Origin: Narcine bancroftii
Taxonomy: Eukaryota
Direction: 5' to 3'
NCBI RefSeq assembly: GCF_036971445.1
Contig: NC_091472.1
Location: 121,892,001 to 121,956,000, forward strand
DNA: 64,000 bases
The notes under the pieces were generated by a model. The model was given only the letters and a program-made list of their open reading frames with translations. It did no database searches and was not told the origin of the DNA. Position 1 is the stretch's first letter. Each line of letters starts with the position of its first letter. The position numbers and the translations under genes were made by a program. Of this stretch, positions 61,640 through 64,000 are shown piece by piece.

Positions 61640-62188
61640 GCTGGGAGCCCAACACGCAATCTGCTGAAGGATCAATGGTGCGGTTAAGAAGTTAACACTT
61701 CTTAACGTTATGGGCCAGAACCCTTCATCCGGACTGAGAGCTGTCCTGGTGAAGAGTTCTATCCTGGTGAAGAGTTCTGTCCTGGTGAAGAGTTCTATCC
61801 TGGTGAAGAGTTCTGTCCTGGTGAAGAGTTCTATCCTGGTGAAGAGTTCTATCCTGGTGAAGAGTTCTGTCCTGGTGAAGAGTTCTATCCTGGTGAAGAG
61901 TTCTGGCCTGCAATTTTTATTTAAAAATAACATGCAGCACGGTAAGCCACGAGGTATCCCACTCACCTACACTGGTAGGTTTTGAACGGTGGGAGCCCCC
62001 GACAACAGGGAAAATGTACAAAACCGCTTACAGCCAGCGCGGGACTCGAACCCCGGTTCAATCCCGATCGCTGGCGCTGTTAAGGCGTTGCGCTTACCGC
62101 TAGCCAATGTTAACACTTCATTATTCTCCCATGCTGAGTTCCTCCAGCAGATTGTGTGTTGCTTCAGGTTCCTGTGTCCGCAGTCTCC
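61640..62188. mobile_element. Palindromic Penelope-derived element containing a minisatellite and a nested V-SINE (about 61915-62110, minus)
   Basis: Left arm caacacgcaatctgctgaagga is the reverse complement of right arm tcctccagcagattgtgtgttg. Opposed hammerhead-like motifs in the centre. Confidence 0.7.
61743..61904 (+). repeat. 18-bp minisatellite, 9 units (RTCCTGGTGAAGAGTTCT)
   Basis: Exact tandem units differing only at the first base (G,A,G,A,G,A,A,G,A). Confidence 0.98.
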
Positions 62189-62954
62189 CCCCACCCCCCC
62201 GTGCGTGTGTCCAGGGTTACTGTTTCTGCAGCATTCTGACTTTCAGGCGTTCAGTCATAATCCTATGCATTGTGGCTTTGGATAATTGACTGCTCAAATG
62301 CGCCAAGTGCCCAGACCCTCTATTCCTCTCATCCTGAGCAGGATTGCTGTTACAAAAAAAACCCCAAAAACTGGAGGAGCATCCGTGGGAAGAAATGCTC
62401 AGTTAACGATTCAGGTTGGGACCCTTTTCAACACCATTAGATTCAATAGGAATCTAATAGGTTTATTTAATGTTTAATTGTTAAACTATCCACAACAGTC
62501 TATGTGACATATATGGGAATGAATGAGAGTTAATTTTGTTACAAATCACCTCAATCATCAACCCACTTCAAAGAATATCTTCCCTCCTTTGATCTTTCCC
62601 TAAAGACATTCAGCCCTGCTGGTTTCCACTTTCCAGGTTGACATCTATTTTCCCAGCCAAACACAATCTGCTAGAGGAACTCAGTAGACCAAGTAGCATC
62701 AGTGGAGAAAACAAATGGCACTCACCAGGTCTATTTTCTCAGTTGATCTAGTTGCCAGTGCTCTTGACCCTCACACTATATCCCACCAGGTTGAGGATTC
62801 AAATCATAGCCCCAAGCAGATACAGTTGGGCAGAAATATTATTTTGTAGACCTCAAATTTGGATTAAAAAATCCAAGGAGACTCTCTTCTAACATGGTCA
62901 TGCTTTCTATACAACAGCACATTATTTTCTTTGGAACATCCTAAGATGTTAAAT

Positions 62955-63365
62955 GCACAAATTACATCCTTCTTCCTTGTTCTGCCTCTCTCGAATGGAG
63001 GTAGCAAGTTTTAGTCTGTAGATGGCCTAATAAACGTTCATGATGGCACTGGCCGAGTTCACAACACTCTGTAGCCTTTTCCTGTCCTGTGCATTGGACC
63101 TTCCATACTAGTCAGTGATGCCACCAGTCAGAATACTCTCCATAATACACCTGTAGAAACGTGGAAGAGTCTTTGAGGATATTCCAAATATCCTCAAACT
63201 TCTAACCAAGTATAGACACTGACAAGCCTTCTTCATGATTACATCAACATGAAGGCCCCGGGATAGATCTTTAGAGATGTTGACACCCAGGAATTTGAAG
63301 TTGTTTACCCTTTCTCCTGCTGCCTCCTCAATGAGCACTGGTTCATATTCTCCTGGTTTCCTCTT
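62955..63365 (-). mobile_element. Rex1/Babar fragment
   Basis: ERVNNFKFLGVNISKDL..KKACQCLYLVRSLR..FYRCIMESILTGGI. Confidence 0.85.
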
Positions 63366-64000
63366 TGGGCTGCATGGTTGCCTCGCAGTTAGGGCAATAA
63401 TGTAACTAGTCCAGAAGCCGGGGTTAAATCCGGCACTGTCAATGACCTACATGGATTTTCCCTGGGTTCTCTGATATTTTTCCCAGCCTCCAAAGATGTT
63501 CATAGTGGTAGGTTAATTTAGTGTAATTGGGTGGCACAGGCCGGAATCAGCTTTTAACATGATGTAAGTATATTATATCATGCTCCAAACTGTTGTTGGG
63601 GAGGGAGTTTCAGGACCAAGCATTGATGAAGGAACAGCAATGTACTTGTGCATGAAGATGATGTAGACTTGGAGAGGAACATGCATCATGCTGTGTCCCC
63701 AGAGCTTGCTGGCCTTGTCATTTTTGGTCTTAGAGGTCATATCTTCTGAAGCCCAGAGATGGTGGCATGGAATTAAGTTATTGCTTGAGTAATTATTGAT
63801 CTGAAGTAGTGAGGAAAATTAACTTCTGTTAACACAATGTTCAGATTAATGATATGGGATTTTAATTAAAGATCTGAAACATTAATTCCGTTTCTCTTCA
63901 ATTATGCCACCTGACTATTGTGTGTTTTTGTTCATTTCCATTTTTATTATTTCCTCTCCAATGGGAAGGTGTTTTTGGGAACACTTACCACGGTCTGCCT

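Larger units (their letters stand above)
57560..62210. promoter_or_regulatory. CpG-rich island / putative promoter region
   Basis: CpG dinucleotides are visibly frequent here compared with strong depletion elsewhere. The core at about 58.8-61.3 kb has no recognisable transposon and carries (CT)n tracts at 59812-59836 and 60528-60542. Confidence 0.7.

Noticed and set aside
61743-61904. CRISPR-like array, or a repeat protein (TLHQDR / ELFTR ORFs)
   Set aside because: Units are contiguous with no spacers, there are no cas genes, and the DNA is vertebrate. The ORFs are open only because the unit is a stop-poor 18-mer.

Overview
Eukaryotic, repeat-dense, mostly non-coding DNA. The repeat complement (CR1, Rex1/Babar, fish-type L1, RTE, Penelope-like elements, V-/Deu-type SINEs) points to a cartilaginous fish, probably a ray; this is inference. 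Contents: two complete but decayed Gypsy (Mag-like) LTR proviruses with 5-bp TSDs (671-3390 +, 10791-15155 -); a four-level LINE nest at about 17.5-26 kb; young CR1 and RTE copies; hAT, Tc1/pogo and Harbinger MITEs; a 5S-derived SINE; two assembly gaps; and a CpG-rich promoter-like region (about 57.5-62.2 kb) with a likely minus-strand first exon. No host protein-coding gene could be named, and only weak candidate exons were seen. The long ORFs in the track are transposon remnants. Most unusual signals: (1) the first provirus has no tRNA PBS, and its PBS position is a perfect 14-nt reverse complement of its own LTR over the poly(A) signal, suggesting self-priming or poly(A) occlusion; (2) palindromic Penelope-derived elements carry hammerhead-like cores, one expanded into an 18-bp minisatellite; (3) two L1 insertions are flanked by unusually long (about 80-130 bp) direct duplications. 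All alignments were done by eye, so boundaries of old repeats are approximate.
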